The position numbers were made by a program, and so were the translations under genes. A stretch of 20,000 nt of DNA from an uncultured virus (IMG/VR IMGVR_UViG_3300045391_006705) (Duplodnaviria > Heunggongvirae > Uroviricota > Caudoviricetes), in IMG/VR virus record IMGVR_UViG_3300045391_006705; one strand, 5' to 3'. Numbering within the stretch: position 1 is the stretch's first letter; each line of letters opens with the position of its first letter. Shown in pieces: positions 1-8,266 of the stretch. Under the pieces are notes generated by a model. It was given only the letters and a program-made list of their open reading frames with translations. It made no database searches and had not been told where the DNA came from.

Positions 1-108
1 ACCACGGTCGTCGTCACGGCGGTCGACGAGACGGGCGTGTCGGGCGCGGGCCCGGGCGTGCTCGTGACCGCCACGCCGCCCTGGTGGCGCCGCCGCCGGG
101 GCGAATGA
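1..108 (+). CDS. 3' end of a CDS truncated by the window edge; C-terminus resembles the last strands of a fibronectin type III/Ig-like domain
   Basis: Frame 1 reads TTVVVTAVDETGVSGAGPGVLVTATPPWWRRRRGE* (TGA 106-108) with GC3-rich codons; VTAVD..G.S......ATP resembles Fn3 C-termini. Only 35 codons visible. Confidence 0.45.
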   Translation, partial: TTVVVTAVDETGVSGAGPGVLVTATPPWWRRRRGE

Positions 109-408
109 ATGGGCGACATGGGTGACGTCGCCAGCCCGGCGCAATGGGCGGCCGAGCGGTTGAATCCCCGGTGGGAGATCAGCCACGTGGACCGGCCCCG
201 GTTCGGCCTGGCCGCCGGCATCCTCGTCGGCCGTATCGTCGACCGTCGGTTCCAAGTGCTGCGGTTCACCACGGGACTCGTCAGCTTCTACGTCCACGAG
301 CCCGACGGCCGGGTGTGGGGCTACGACTCGCAGGTGCCGGTCGAGGGGACGGACGAGGATGTCGTCGAGTGGCTCGCGCACGTCTACTTCCGATGCAAGG
401 GGTTGTGA
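109..408 (+). CDS. Hypothetical phage protein (99 aa)
   Basis: Normal amino acid composition and GC3-rich codons; fills the gap between the upstream stop (108) and the next start (416). Start could be ATG 118. Confidence 0.7.
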   Translation: MGDMGDVASPAQWAAERLNPRWEISHVDRPRFGLAAGILVGRIVDRRFQVLRFTTGLVSFYVHEPDGRVWGYDSQVPVEGTDEDVVEWLAHVYFRCKGL

Positions 409-415
409 AAGGGTT

Positions 416-1777
416 ATGAAACGGATCCTGATCCTGGGGGACGCCGGCTGCCGCACCGGCTTCGCGCGCGTGGTGAAGGGCGTGGCCGACCGCCTCCACG
501 CCACGGGCGAGTGGGAGGTCGCGGTCCGGGCCATCAACTACCGCGACGGCCACGGCATCGACTACGCCTACGACGTGCAGCCGGTCTCGTACGGCGGGCC
601 CGATCCGCTCGGCACGGGGGCGGTCCCCTACTTCATCGAGGAGCTCAGGCCCGACGTCCTCTGGTCCGTCCACGACCCGTGGAACCTGTCCGCCTACGCG
701 CTCGAGAAGCCGCCCGAGCTGCCGAGCGTGGCCTACGTGCCCGTCGACTGCCCGGCGGTGAAGTGGGACTACGCCCTGGCCCTCGGCGCCTGGTCCCGCG
801 TCGCCGCCTACACCTGGTTCGGCGCGCGGGAACTCGCCGCCTCTGTCCAGGACGCCGTCGACGTGCTCGTCGAGACGACGGCGGACGTCGTGTCGAGGGA
901 CGCCCGCATGCGGACGCTCAAGGTGCCGGTGGGGATGGGGCGCCGGGCGCTCACCGTCCGGCCGTCGCGCCTGGCGCGCCTGCAGAACCTCGGCGCCTGG
1001 AGCGTGATCCCCCACGGGTTCGACCGGGGGGTGTTCGGCCCGCGCAAGAAGGCCGAGTGCCGCCGGGAGTTCGGCTTCGACGAGGGGGCCTTCGTCGTCG
1101 GCGTGGTCGGCGGCAACCACCAGCGGAAGCGGCTCGACCTGGCCTTCCGCGCCTTCGCCGAGTTCGCGGCCGACGTACCGGAGGCCATGCTGGCGCTCCA
1201 TTGCTACGGCGGGGACCAGGGCGGCTACGACCTGGCCGCCCTCACGCGGCTCTACGGCCTCGGCGACCGGGTCGCCGCCGTCCATTGGCAGCGGCCGGCG
1301 CTCGCCGAGGACGAACTGGCGACGCTGTACAACTGCTTCGACGTCCTGCTCAACACGTCCGGCGGCGAGGGCTTCAACCTGCCGGCGGTCGAGGCGGCGG
1401 CCTGCGGCGTGCCGCAGGTCGTGCCGGACTGGGCGGGGACGCGCGAGATTTGGCAGCATCACGGCCTGCTCATCCCGGTCGAGGGGTGGCGCCACGCCGT
1501 CGACTTCCTCAACACGGCCCACTGCAACGTCTCGCCGTCGGGCGCCGCCGCGCACCTGCGCAGGCTCCACGCGGAGGAGGCTTTCCGCTGGATGATGTCC
1601 GCCCGCGCCGTCGACCGCGCCGACGCCCTCCCGACCTGGGACGAGGTGGGGGACGGGTTCGCGCGCCTACTCGAGGCGGCGATCGCCGAGCCGGACGAGG
1701 CGGCGAGCCTCCAGGACGCCCTCGACGTCCGCGTCCGGCCGGAGTTCACCGAGGTGAGCCCCAGGCACGCCCGATGA
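416..1777 (+). CDS. Glycosyltransferase, GT-B fold, family GT4-like (453 aa)
   Basis: N-terminal RILILGD...TGFARV, VIPHG, NHQRKRLD and the EX7E motif EGFNLPAVEAAACGVP. ATG 416 follows AAAGGG and is preferred to the track start at 359. Confidence 0.92.
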   Translation: MKRILILGDAGCRTGFARVVKGVADRLHATGEWEVAVRAINYRDGHGIDYAYDVQPVSYGGPDPLGTGAVPYFIEELRPDVLWSVHDPWNLSAYALEKPPELPSVAYVPVDCPAVKWDYALALGAWSRVAAYTWFGARELAASVQDAVDVLVETTADVVSRDARMRTLKVPVGMGRRALTVRPSRLARLQNLGAWSVIPHGFDRGVFGPRKKAECRREFGFDEGAFVVGVVGGNHQRKRLDLAFRAFAEFAADVPEAMLALHCYGGDQGGYDLAALTRLYGLGDRVAAVHWQRPALAEDELATLYNCFDVLLNTSGGEGFNLPAVEAAACGVPQVVPDWAGTREIWQHHGLLIPVEGWRHAVDFLNTAHCNVSPSGAAAHLRRLHAEEAFRWMMSARAVDRADALPTWDEVGDGFARLLEAAIAEPDEAASLQDALDVRVRPEFTEVSPRHAR

Positions 1778-2097
1778 GCGGGTCTCCGGCATCGGTCGAC
1801 CGGCGGCGGCTCTGGGTCGAGGGCGGTCGGCTCATCGTCGAGTACGAGGACGGCCGGGCGACCCTGGTCCCCACGGTGGCCGTCGTGGTGGAGGCCGGCC
1901 ACTTCCCGCGCGGCGCTTCGGCCGGCCGGAGCCGGGTCGTCCGCATCCAGGACGCGGACTTCGACGTCTGGCTGGCCGGGCGCCTGTACCGGTGCTCCGG
2001 CCAGGGGATCAAAGTCCGCGTGACCGAGGCCGACGCCGCCGCCCTGCGCCTGATGGGCGTCCTCTGGGACTACAAGGAGCGGATTCTGGCCTATTAG
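1774..2097 (+). CDS. Hypothetical protein (107 aa, beta-strand rich)
   Basis: ATGA overlap with the glycosyltransferase stop; reads MSGSPASVDRRRLWVEGGRLIVEYEDG...KERILAY*. It is the real C-terminal part of track ORF 511..2097. Confidence 0.75.
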   Translation: MSGSPASVDRRRLWVEGGRLIVEYEDGRATLVPTVAVVVEAGHFPRGASAGRSRVVRIQDADFDVWLAGRLYRCSGQGIKVRVTEADAAALRLMGVLWDYKERILAY

Positions 2098-2214
2098 CAC
2101 CGGGTTTCCCAGGCTTCGACGCCCTCCGAACCCCCCGCTTCCTGCGTTTGGCGGGCCACCCCGGCGACCTATCCCATAGATGCCAACGGGATAGCCAGCA
2201 TTGGGGGATGGGTC

Positions 2215-3813
2215 ATGGTGATCGACTGGACGAAAGTCAGCGTCGAACTGCGTCAACAGATCGAAGCGCGGCTGCCGTCCGGGGCGACCATCGAGAACCT
2301 CCGGTTCGCCGACGCGCGGCTGGTGAGCGTCGAGCCCTTCCCCGCCGCCACGGTCGGCGACGAGGCCTCCGAGGTCCGGGCCGCGATGGAACGGGCGGGC
2401 GGGCCCCCGATGGTGACCGACGGCCGGCCGACGATCCTCCGGGTCGTGGCCTGGATGGCGCACGAGGGGATCAACAAGAACCGGCTCGCCTTCACGCGCG
2501 AGGACCTGACCAAGGCCGCCGCGAAGATCAAGGAGCCGGACTTCCTGCCGATGGACTTCAACCATTCGGCGGTGGACGAACGGTTCGGCGCCCAGAAGGC
2601 GATCGGCGTCTGGTACCGGGCCGACATGGCCCAGGACCCCGAGGCCGGCGGCGCGTGGGGCATCCTCGCCACCGGCATGATGTGGTCCTGGCTCAACCCG
2701 GACATCGCCGACACGCTGCTCGCCGAGCAGGCCCGGAACGGCCGCATGGACTTCTCGATGGCCTGCATCGCCGGCGGCGTGACGCTCAAGTACGACGCCA
2801 ACGGGCCGTACGAAGAGGCCCGCGACACGACCTTCTTCACGCTGTCCGCCCTGGACGTGCCGCCCGCCGACGTCCACGCGACCGGCAAGGGCGTCGAGGG
2901 AGCCACGGACCCCGGCGTCGAGGATCGGCTCCGCCAGGAGCTGAAGGGCGCCGAGGCGCCCGCCCCGGACGCGCTGCCGGCCGCGCCGAGCGCGCCGCAG
3001 CCCGATTCGCTCGCCGCACTCGAACTCGCCGCCGACGGTTCCGGGCCCGCCCCGGTCCCCGCCGGCCAAACGCCGAACGGGGCTTCCGCGCCGCCGGCAT
3101 CGAACGGAGGAATGATGGAAGAACTGCTCGCTCAGCTCAAGGCGCTCTCCGAGAAGGCCAGCGAGATCGCCGATGCGAACCTGAAGGAGTCGCTGACGGC
3201 GGCGCTCGACGCGAAGGTCACCGAGCTGCTCGCCAAGATCGAGGAGAAGGCCCAGGCCAAGACCGCCCGCGAGGCGGAACTCGAGGCCCAGGTGGCCGAC
3301 CTCGCCGCCCAGGTGGAGGCCGCCAAGGTGGCCGCCGCCGCGACGAAGGACGAGGCCGTGGCCGCCGTCGAGGCGAAGCTCGCCGAGGCCGAGGCCAAGC
3401 TGACGGAGATGTCGGTCGCCAAGGACGCCCTGGCCGCCACCGTCGAGCAGGCGAACGCCGAGGTGGAGCGGTTGAACGGCGAACTGACGGCCGCCGCCGA
3501 GGCGCTCGCGGGCTACCGCGCGGCCGAGGCGAAGCAGGCCCAGGACGAGAAGCTCGCCTCGCGCATCGCCGAGCTGCCCGAGGCCTACCGCGCCGCGTTC
3601 GGCGCCCGGTCGGCCGAGGAGCAGGACAAGGCCCGCGCCCGCTGGTCCGAGATGACCGACGAGCAGTGGGAGGCCTTCAAGGCGGACATCGGCTTCATGC
3701 CGACGGCCCGGTCCTATTTCGCGCGGTCGCAGGACGAGGGACGCCTCCCGACGGGCGGCGGCAGCAACACCGGTACGGCTCGCGAGCGTCTCGCGCAGTT
3801 CCGGGACCGCTAA
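2215..3813 (+). CDS. Prohead maturation protease fused to a C-terminal coiled-coil scaffold (532 aa)
   Basis: N-terminal domain with HEGINKNRLAF...EDL, PMDFNH (candidate His, 2563) ...IG and DFSM (candidate Ser, 2755), as in phage prohead serine proteases; Pro/Ala linker; Ala/Glu/Lys heptad-rich C-terminal half; lies before the decoration and capsid genes. Confidence 0.75.
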   Translation: MVIDWTKVSVELRQQIEARLPSGATIENLRFADARLVSVEPFPAATVGDEASEVRAAMERAGGPPMVTDGRPTILRVVAWMAHEGINKNRLAFTREDLTKAAAKIKEPDFLPMDFNHSAVDERFGAQKAIGVWYRADMAQDPEAGGAWGILATGMMWSWLNPDIADTLLAEQARNGRMDFSMACIAGGVTLKYDANGPYEEARDTTFFTLSALDVPPADVHATGKGVEGATDPGVEDRLRQELKGAEAPAPDALPAAPSAPQPDSLAALELAADGSGPAPVPAGQTPNGASAPPASNGGMMEELLAQLKALSEKASEIADANLKESLTAALDAKVTELLAKIEEKAQAKTAREAELEAQVADLAAQVEAAKVAAAATKDEAVAAVEAKLAEAEAKLTEMSVAKDALAATVEQANAEVERLNGELTAAAEALAGYRAAEAKQAQDEKLASRIAELPEAYRAAFGARSAEEQDKARARWSEMTDEQWEAFKADIGFMPTARSYFARSQDEGRLPTGGGSNTGTARERLAQFRDR

Positions 3814-3880
3814 GGCGACACCGCAGCACGACGACGCACGCCCTTAACCGTATCACGAACGCTCGACAGGAGACACCACG

Positions 3881-4402
3881 ATGAGCAAGATGCACATCGC
3901 CAACTATCAGGACGCGCCGCGCTGGAGCTGCGTGGCCGCCGCCGACATGGACCTCGGCGAAGTCGTCAAGATCACGACGGGCGCCGTCACCGGCCAGCGG
4001 TACGCGGCCCGCGTGACCGCCGCCGGGGACGTCCAGAAGCCGGGCCTCTGGGGCGTCGTGATGAAGATCTCGGCGGACCCCTTCCAGGTCTCGACCTCCA
4101 ACGTCAATACGGACCTCGGCAACCGCGTCGTGTCCGTCAAGTCGGGCGACGCCGTGGTCCAGGTGGCCGCCGGCGCGATCGTCGAGTACGACCCGTCGCT
4201 GTTCCACTCGTCGCTCGATCCGTCGAACGGCGGCACGACCCCGACGGTCGGCGACTCCCTCGGCGTCAACACGACCGGCACGACCGCCAAGTGGTCGACG
4301 GCCGCCGCGACCTCGCTCTCCGGCGTCGGCACCACGATCAACGTCGCCCGCGTCTTCCGGACGTTCGGCACGAAGGTCCTGGTCCAGCTGGTCGAGGACT
4401 AA
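3881..4402 (+). CDS. Putative capsid decoration (cement) protein (173 aa)
   Basis: AGGAG RBS; small Gly/Thr/Val-rich beta protein (GEVVKI, GDAVV, VGDSL motifs) between scaffold and major capsid genes. Confidence 0.65.
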   Translation: MSKMHIANYQDAPRWSCVAAADMDLGEVVKITTGAVTGQRYAARVTAAGDVQKPGLWGVVMKISADPFQVSTSNVNTDLGNRVVSVKSGDAVVQVAAGAIVEYDPSLFHSSLDPSNGGTTPTVGDSLGVNTTGTTAKWSTAAATSLSGVGTTINVARVFRTFGTKVLVQLVED

Positions 4403-4426
4403 GCGTCTCGGTAGCAGCGTGACGCG

Positions 4427-4449
4427 GCCCGGCGCCTGACGCGCCGGGC
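4427..4449 (+). other. Intergenic hairpin, 9-bp GC stem
   Basis: GCCCGGCGC-CTGAC-GCGCCGGGC; no U-tract directly after it, so not called a terminator. Confidence 0.4.
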
Positions 4450-4567
4450 GGGGCGGGCGTTCGAGCGGTTCACGAGTTTTCCAGGCGTTTCACGGGCGCC
4501 CGGCAGGGGCCGGGGCCGTCACACGATCACTCTCCGAGTGTGACTCGGGTGGGGTGGAGGAACAAAC

Positions 4568-5548
4568 ATGACGAACTTCCGGAAGGCCTCCTGGTCCGAC
4601 GAGAAGATCAAGAGCTGCCAGCAGGAGCTCGACAATCTCTTCTTCGAGGCCGTCGGCCGTGGCGAGAAGCGGATGAACCCGCACGCGACCGACGTCCTGA
4701 ACAAGGACCGGGTCGACATCGCCCAGACGATCATCAACCTGATCGAGCAGCAGCTGGCCAACACGGACCCGCTCCCGCTCATGGTGGACCAGGTCACGGG
4801 CGACATCCGCAACAACTACGTGTGGCAGGAGCTGAGCTCCGCGCTCCGGGTCGTGTCCCGCAGCTACGGCAGCAAGCCGTTGAGCCAGCGGCTCGACTTC
4901 AAGGAATACTCGATGAGCACCACGATGAAGGAAGTGGGCGTCGAGATTCCGCTCGAGGAAGTCTTCTCGGGCCGCCAGACCCCGTCCCTCGCCGCCGCCG
5001 AGATGGCGGTCGCGATCGGCCGGTACCGCGTCTCGAACACCCTCGACCTGATCGACGCGGCCGTCCCGGCCTCGACGGCGGACCGGTCGGGCGTCTCGGG
5101 CTACACCCTCCGGTACGTCACCGGCGGCGCGCTCAGCCAGGCCACCCTCGACAAGGCCATCGACGGCATGCGCGACGAGTCGGACGAGGTCACGATCATC
5201 GGGCGCCACATCAACATCTTCCCGGCGATCCGCGCCTTCACCCAGCTGTCCGTCGACCAGCTGGACGTCCTCGGCGATCGCGGCGTCGTCGGCCAGTACC
5301 ACGGCGCCAACATCCTCACGCTGCAGGACCCGTACGCGCGGCGTTCGGCCGACCACGTGATCCGCAAGGACCGCGTGTACCTCGCCTCGGGCACCCACGG
5401 CTGCCTCTACATGACGAAGCCCGTCGACTTCCTCAACTACAGCTTCGTGGATCCCCGGACGGCGACGTTCGGCGCGGGGCTGCGGCTCGAGGACGGGATC
5501 CTCATGTTCGACCCGTACCGCTACCGCATCATCGAGCTCAGCATCTAA
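4568..5548 (+). CDS. Major capsid protein, probably HK97 fold (326 aa)
   Basis: Strong RBS GGAGGAACAAAC-ATG, strongly biased codons, TAA stop, size and position after protease-scaffold and decoration genes; spine-helix-like segment LEEVFSGR..PSLAAAEMAVAIGRYR and G.YHGANI pattern. Confidence 0.8.
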   Translation: MTNFRKASWSDEKIKSCQQELDNLFFEAVGRGEKRMNPHATDVLNKDRVDIAQTIINLIEQQLANTDPLPLMVDQVTGDIRNNYVWQELSSALRVVSRSYGSKPLSQRLDFKEYSMSTTMKEVGVEIPLEEVFSGRQTPSLAAAEMAVAIGRYRVSNTLDLIDAAVPASTADRSGVSGYTLRYVTGGALSQATLDKAIDGMRDESDEVTIIGRHINIFPAIRAFTQLSVDQLDVLGDRGVVGQYHGANILTLQDPYARRSADHVIRKDRVYLASGTHGCLYMTKPVDFLNYSFVDPRTATFGAGLRLEDGILMFDPYRYRIIELSI

Positions 5549-5578
5549 CGCTGGGGTCGGCGCGGGACAAGCAGGACG

Positions 5579-5618
5579 CTCGCGGGAGCCTGGAGCTCGG
5601 TCTCCCGGCTCCCGCGAG
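5579..5618 (+). other. Long intergenic hairpin downstream of the major capsid gene
   Basis: CTCGCGGGAGCC (5579-5590) is the exact reverse complement of GGCTCCCGCGAG (5607-5618), with an inner GGAG/CTCC pairing. Confidence 0.55.
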
Positions 5619-5766
5619 TCGCAGGATGCCGCAGTTTGCGGGTTTGCACGTTTCGTTCGCACGGGCTACGCGGGCCCGGCCGGCGCCGCCGGCGGATCGC
5701 GGGGGAAGCAGGGCCTTTCGCGCACCCTCGGGTGCCAGTCACCAACCCAAAGGCAGGGAGTCCACA

Positions 5767-6402
5767 ATGTCGAAGAAGCAGAACGGCGAGCTCGATCTCG
5801 CCGCCGTCGCCGCCGCCCTGGCGTCGCTCACGGCCCCGAAGGAGAAGGCGATGGTCGGCGTCCGCAACATCTGCGGGTCGACCGTGTCGCTGCCGCCCTT
5901 CGCCGGCGAGCCGGACATCGCGCTCCACCCGTACGACCCGGCGGATCCCAACTCGGTGGCCATCATCTCCGTCGCCCGCTGGCTGCAGGTCCGCAAGTCG
6001 GGCCTCTACGGCCAGGGCCTGGTGGAGCGGTTCGACGAGGTGCTCGACGGCTCGACGCCGCGCGCGCCCGAGGACCGGCCCGAGACCGGGCACCCGGACC
6101 ACGAGAAGAACCGCCTCCCGGACCCGGTCGCCTTCATCGAGCAGACCGACGAGGGCGAGATGCGCGCCCGGATCATGGAGATCACGTCCGAGAACCAGCT
6201 CCACCACATCCTCGGCACCGTCGACGCCAAGATGAAGGCCCTCGAGGCCCAGTTCCGCGCCGAGGGCGACCCGACCGCCTCGCGGCGCGCCGTCCGCGAA
6301 CTGCCGATGAAGTACCAGGCCGCCGACCAGATCGCGCAGCAGCGGCTGGAGCAGATCGCCCGGACGAACGTGACGGAACTCAAGTCGCCGCGCAAGGACT
6401 GA
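5767..6402 (+). CDS. Hypothetical protein downstream of the capsid gene (211 aa)
   Basis: AGGGAG RBS then ATG 5767 (MSKKQNGELDL...); GC3-rich. It is the C-terminal part of track ORF 4540..6402. Confidence 0.8.
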   Translation: MSKKQNGELDLAAVAAALASLTAPKEKAMVGVRNICGSTVSLPPFAGEPDIALHPYDPADPNSVAIISVARWLQVRKSGLYGQGLVERFDEVLDGSTPRAPEDRPETGHPDHEKNRLPDPVAFIEQTDEGEMRARIMEITSENQLHHILGTVDAKMKALEAQFRAEGDPTASRRAVRELPMKYQAADQIAQQRLEQIARTNVTELKSPRKD

Positions 6403-6427
6403 GCGGCCGAGCCGGCGGAGGCCCTAG

Positions 6428-6859
6428 GTGAACACGCAACAGGTGATCCAACTCCTCCGCCGGAAGATCCTCACCGTCGACACGTCCGTCGCCTTCGAGG
6501 ACGCCGACCTGCTGGCGGAGATCGAGGACGCTCGCGCGTTCCTTGAGGCGAAGGCCGTGGCCGGCATGGCCGGCTACGTGATCGACCCGACGGACACGAC
6601 CGACGGGATCGCGCCCGACATGACGTCGCAGCACGCGCTCATCGCCACGTACCAGGCGGCGATCTTCCTCCTCCAGCAGCGCTACGCCGACCTGACGCAG
6701 GCGGGCGCGCTCGGCGTCGTGTGGCGCTCCGGCCTCGAGGAGGAGTCGACCGTGACGGCGGAGAAGGCCTACCGGACGGCCATCGGCGCCATCCAGCTGG
6801 ACCTGGACAAGCTGATCCTGGTCCAGAACAAGGCCACCTTCGCCATCAGGCAGACCTGA
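6428..6859 (+). CDS. Putative head-tail adaptor/connector (143 aa)
   Basis: GTG start after GGAG; helical N-terminus with F.D.DL...IEDA pattern typical of SPP1 gp15/HK97 gp6-like adaptors; synteny. Confidence 0.55.
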   Translation: MNTQQVIQLLRRKILTVDTSVAFEDADLLAEIEDARAFLEAKAVAGMAGYVIDPTDTTDGIAPDMTSQHALIATYQAAIFLLQQRYADLTQAGALGVVWRSGLEEESTVTAEKAYRTAIGAIQLDLDKLILVQNKATFAIRQT

Positions 6860-7359
6860 TGCCGAAGGGGGACGCCGTCGCCGCCGCCATCGCGGCCAGG
6901 GTCCGGGCGAGCGACGAGACCATCGTCCTGGCCTTCCCGTCGGCGCGCGCGGCCCTGCCGACGGGCCCCGCCGCCCTGCCCGCCTCGCCGATGACGGGCG
7001 CCGCGCCGGCGATCACGCTCGCGGGGACGGCCCCGGCGCCAGAATGGCCGCCCAGGACCGTCCAGTGCCTATGGCTCGACGCCCCGCTGTCGGAGACGCC
7101 CGATCCGTGGGTCCGGGACGCGCGGGTCGGGTGGGTCGACGGGGCGCAGGCTCTCGCCCGCGTGCTGTGGGCCGACGTGGCGATCGACGCCGACGACCCG
7201 GCCGAGGGCACGTGGGTCGACCGGGCCCAGGACGTCCAGCACCGGGGCACCGCGTGGCGCGTGATCCGGATCGAGCGCATGGGGCCGAGCTTCCGCGCCC
7301 CGCACAGCGTGTCCGTCTGGCTGAAGGGGGCGAACCTCGAGGGCCAGCGGCTCGGCTGA
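6859..7359 (+). CDS. Putative head closure (stopper) protein (166 aa)
   Basis: TGATG coupling with the upstream gene; C-terminal D.V..RG..WRVIRIE pattern like SPP1 gp16-type proteins; synteny. Confidence 0.55.
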   Translation: MPKGDAVAAAIAARVRASDETIVLAFPSARAALPTGPAALPASPMTGAAPAITLAGTAPAPEWPPRTVQCLWLDAPLSETPDPWVRDARVGWVDGAQALARVLWADVAIDADDPAEGTWVDRAQDVQHRGTAWRVIRIERMGPSFRAPHSVSVWLKGANLEGQRLG

Positions 7360-7379
7360 TCCGCGAACGGGGAGGGCAC

Positions 7380-7586
7380 GTGGGGGATCCTAGGGAACTC
7401 GACCCGCTCGAGCGGCTCGAAAAGGACGTGAACGCCGCCATCAAGGCGCTCCTGTCCGAGATGGAGATCGCCGCCCGGACCCCGCCCATGGACGCCTGCC
7501 ACCCCTACGAGTGCGAGCGCCGGCGCAAGCTGGTGATCCGCACCGTCTGGGCCCTGGGCCGCCGCCTCCGGCCGGAGGGCGAATGA
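7380..7586 (+). CDS. Small hypothetical protein (68 aa)
   Basis: GGAGG RBS then GTG 7380; MGDPRELDPLERLEKDVNAAIKALL...; its stop overlaps the next start (ATGA). Confidence 0.65.
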   Translation: MGDPRELDPLERLEKDVNAAIKALLSEMEIAARTPPMDACHPYECERRRKLVIRTVWALGRRLRPEGE

Positions 7587-8215
7587 CGACCCAGTCCGAC
7601 TTCTCGAGCCGCAACGTCGAGAACTCCGTCGCCGTCGCCCTGACCCGGAACCTCCTCGCCCTCGGCTACCTGATCTACTGGGCCCAGGCCGACGGGGTCG
7701 AGACCCCCGACGGGTTCTACGGCTCCTACGCGGCCAACCAGGCCGCCCTGCAGTCGGACGCGACGTTCGCCGCCAGGTTGGCGGCGGCCAAGGGGTTGCT
7801 GACCGTGCGCGGGCCGCTCTCTGCGTCCCCGGCCTTCGTGACGCGACCCAGTAGTAGCGGCACGGTCGGCCCGCAGGACGAGATCCCGATCCCGGCCGTG
7901 GCCGTCCAGGTGGGCGGCGCCGCCCCGACCGGCAACTACGAGCTCGGCTCGCGCCTCAAGTGGCGCGCCCGGACCCTCTCCATCTCCGCCTTCGCGCGGT
8001 CGCTCGAGGAGCACGACCTCCTCAAGGACGCCCTGGCCGAGTACCTGGACGAGGATGTGGAGATCGACGTCCTGGACCACGACGGCGGCTCCCTGGCGGT
8101 GCTCGGCAGCGTCCGGGTCGTCGAACCGGCCGTCGAGGACAACATCCAGGTCCGTGGCACCCAGTTCACGACGTACGGCCTCGAGCTCACCGCGCACCTT
8201 GAGTATGTCGCGTGA
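7583..8215 (+). CDS. Putative tail terminator/tail completion protein (210 aa)
   Basis: GGAGG RBS and ATGA overlap; IPAVAV...YELGS...RTLSISAFARS..E.D.L.D.L pattern typical of tail terminators; lies upstream of the tail tube gene. Confidence 0.6.
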   Translation: MTTQSDFSSRNVENSVAVALTRNLLALGYLIYWAQADGVETPDGFYGSYAANQAALQSDATFAARLAAAKGLLTVRGPLSASPAFVTRPSSSGTVGPQDEIPIPAVAVQVGGAAPTGNYELGSRLKWRARTLSISAFARSLEEHDLLKDALAEYLDEDVEIDVLDHDGGSLAVLGSVRVVEPAVEDNIQVRGTQFTTYGLELTAHLEYVA

Positions 8216-8237
8216 TTCGATGGGCTTGTCGGGCGTC

Positions 8238-8261
8238 TCTCCGGTGAATTCTCACCGGGGG
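8238..8261 (+). promoter_or_regulatory. Hairpin overlapping the probable ribosome binding site of the HNH gene
   Basis: TCTCCGGTGA-ATTC-TCACCGGGGG, a 10-bp stem with two G-U pairs, ending 5 nt before GTG 8267. Confidence 0.45.
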
Positions 8262-8266
8262 AAAGA

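Noticed and set aside
4540..6402. Open -1 frame running from the capsid gene through the spacer into the next gene, suggesting a T7 10A/10B-like capsid extension
   Set aside because: No slippery heptamer near the capsid 3' end; the -1 frame is commonly open in GC3-rich genes; the downstream gene has its own RBS at 5767; the spacer translation is not protein-like.
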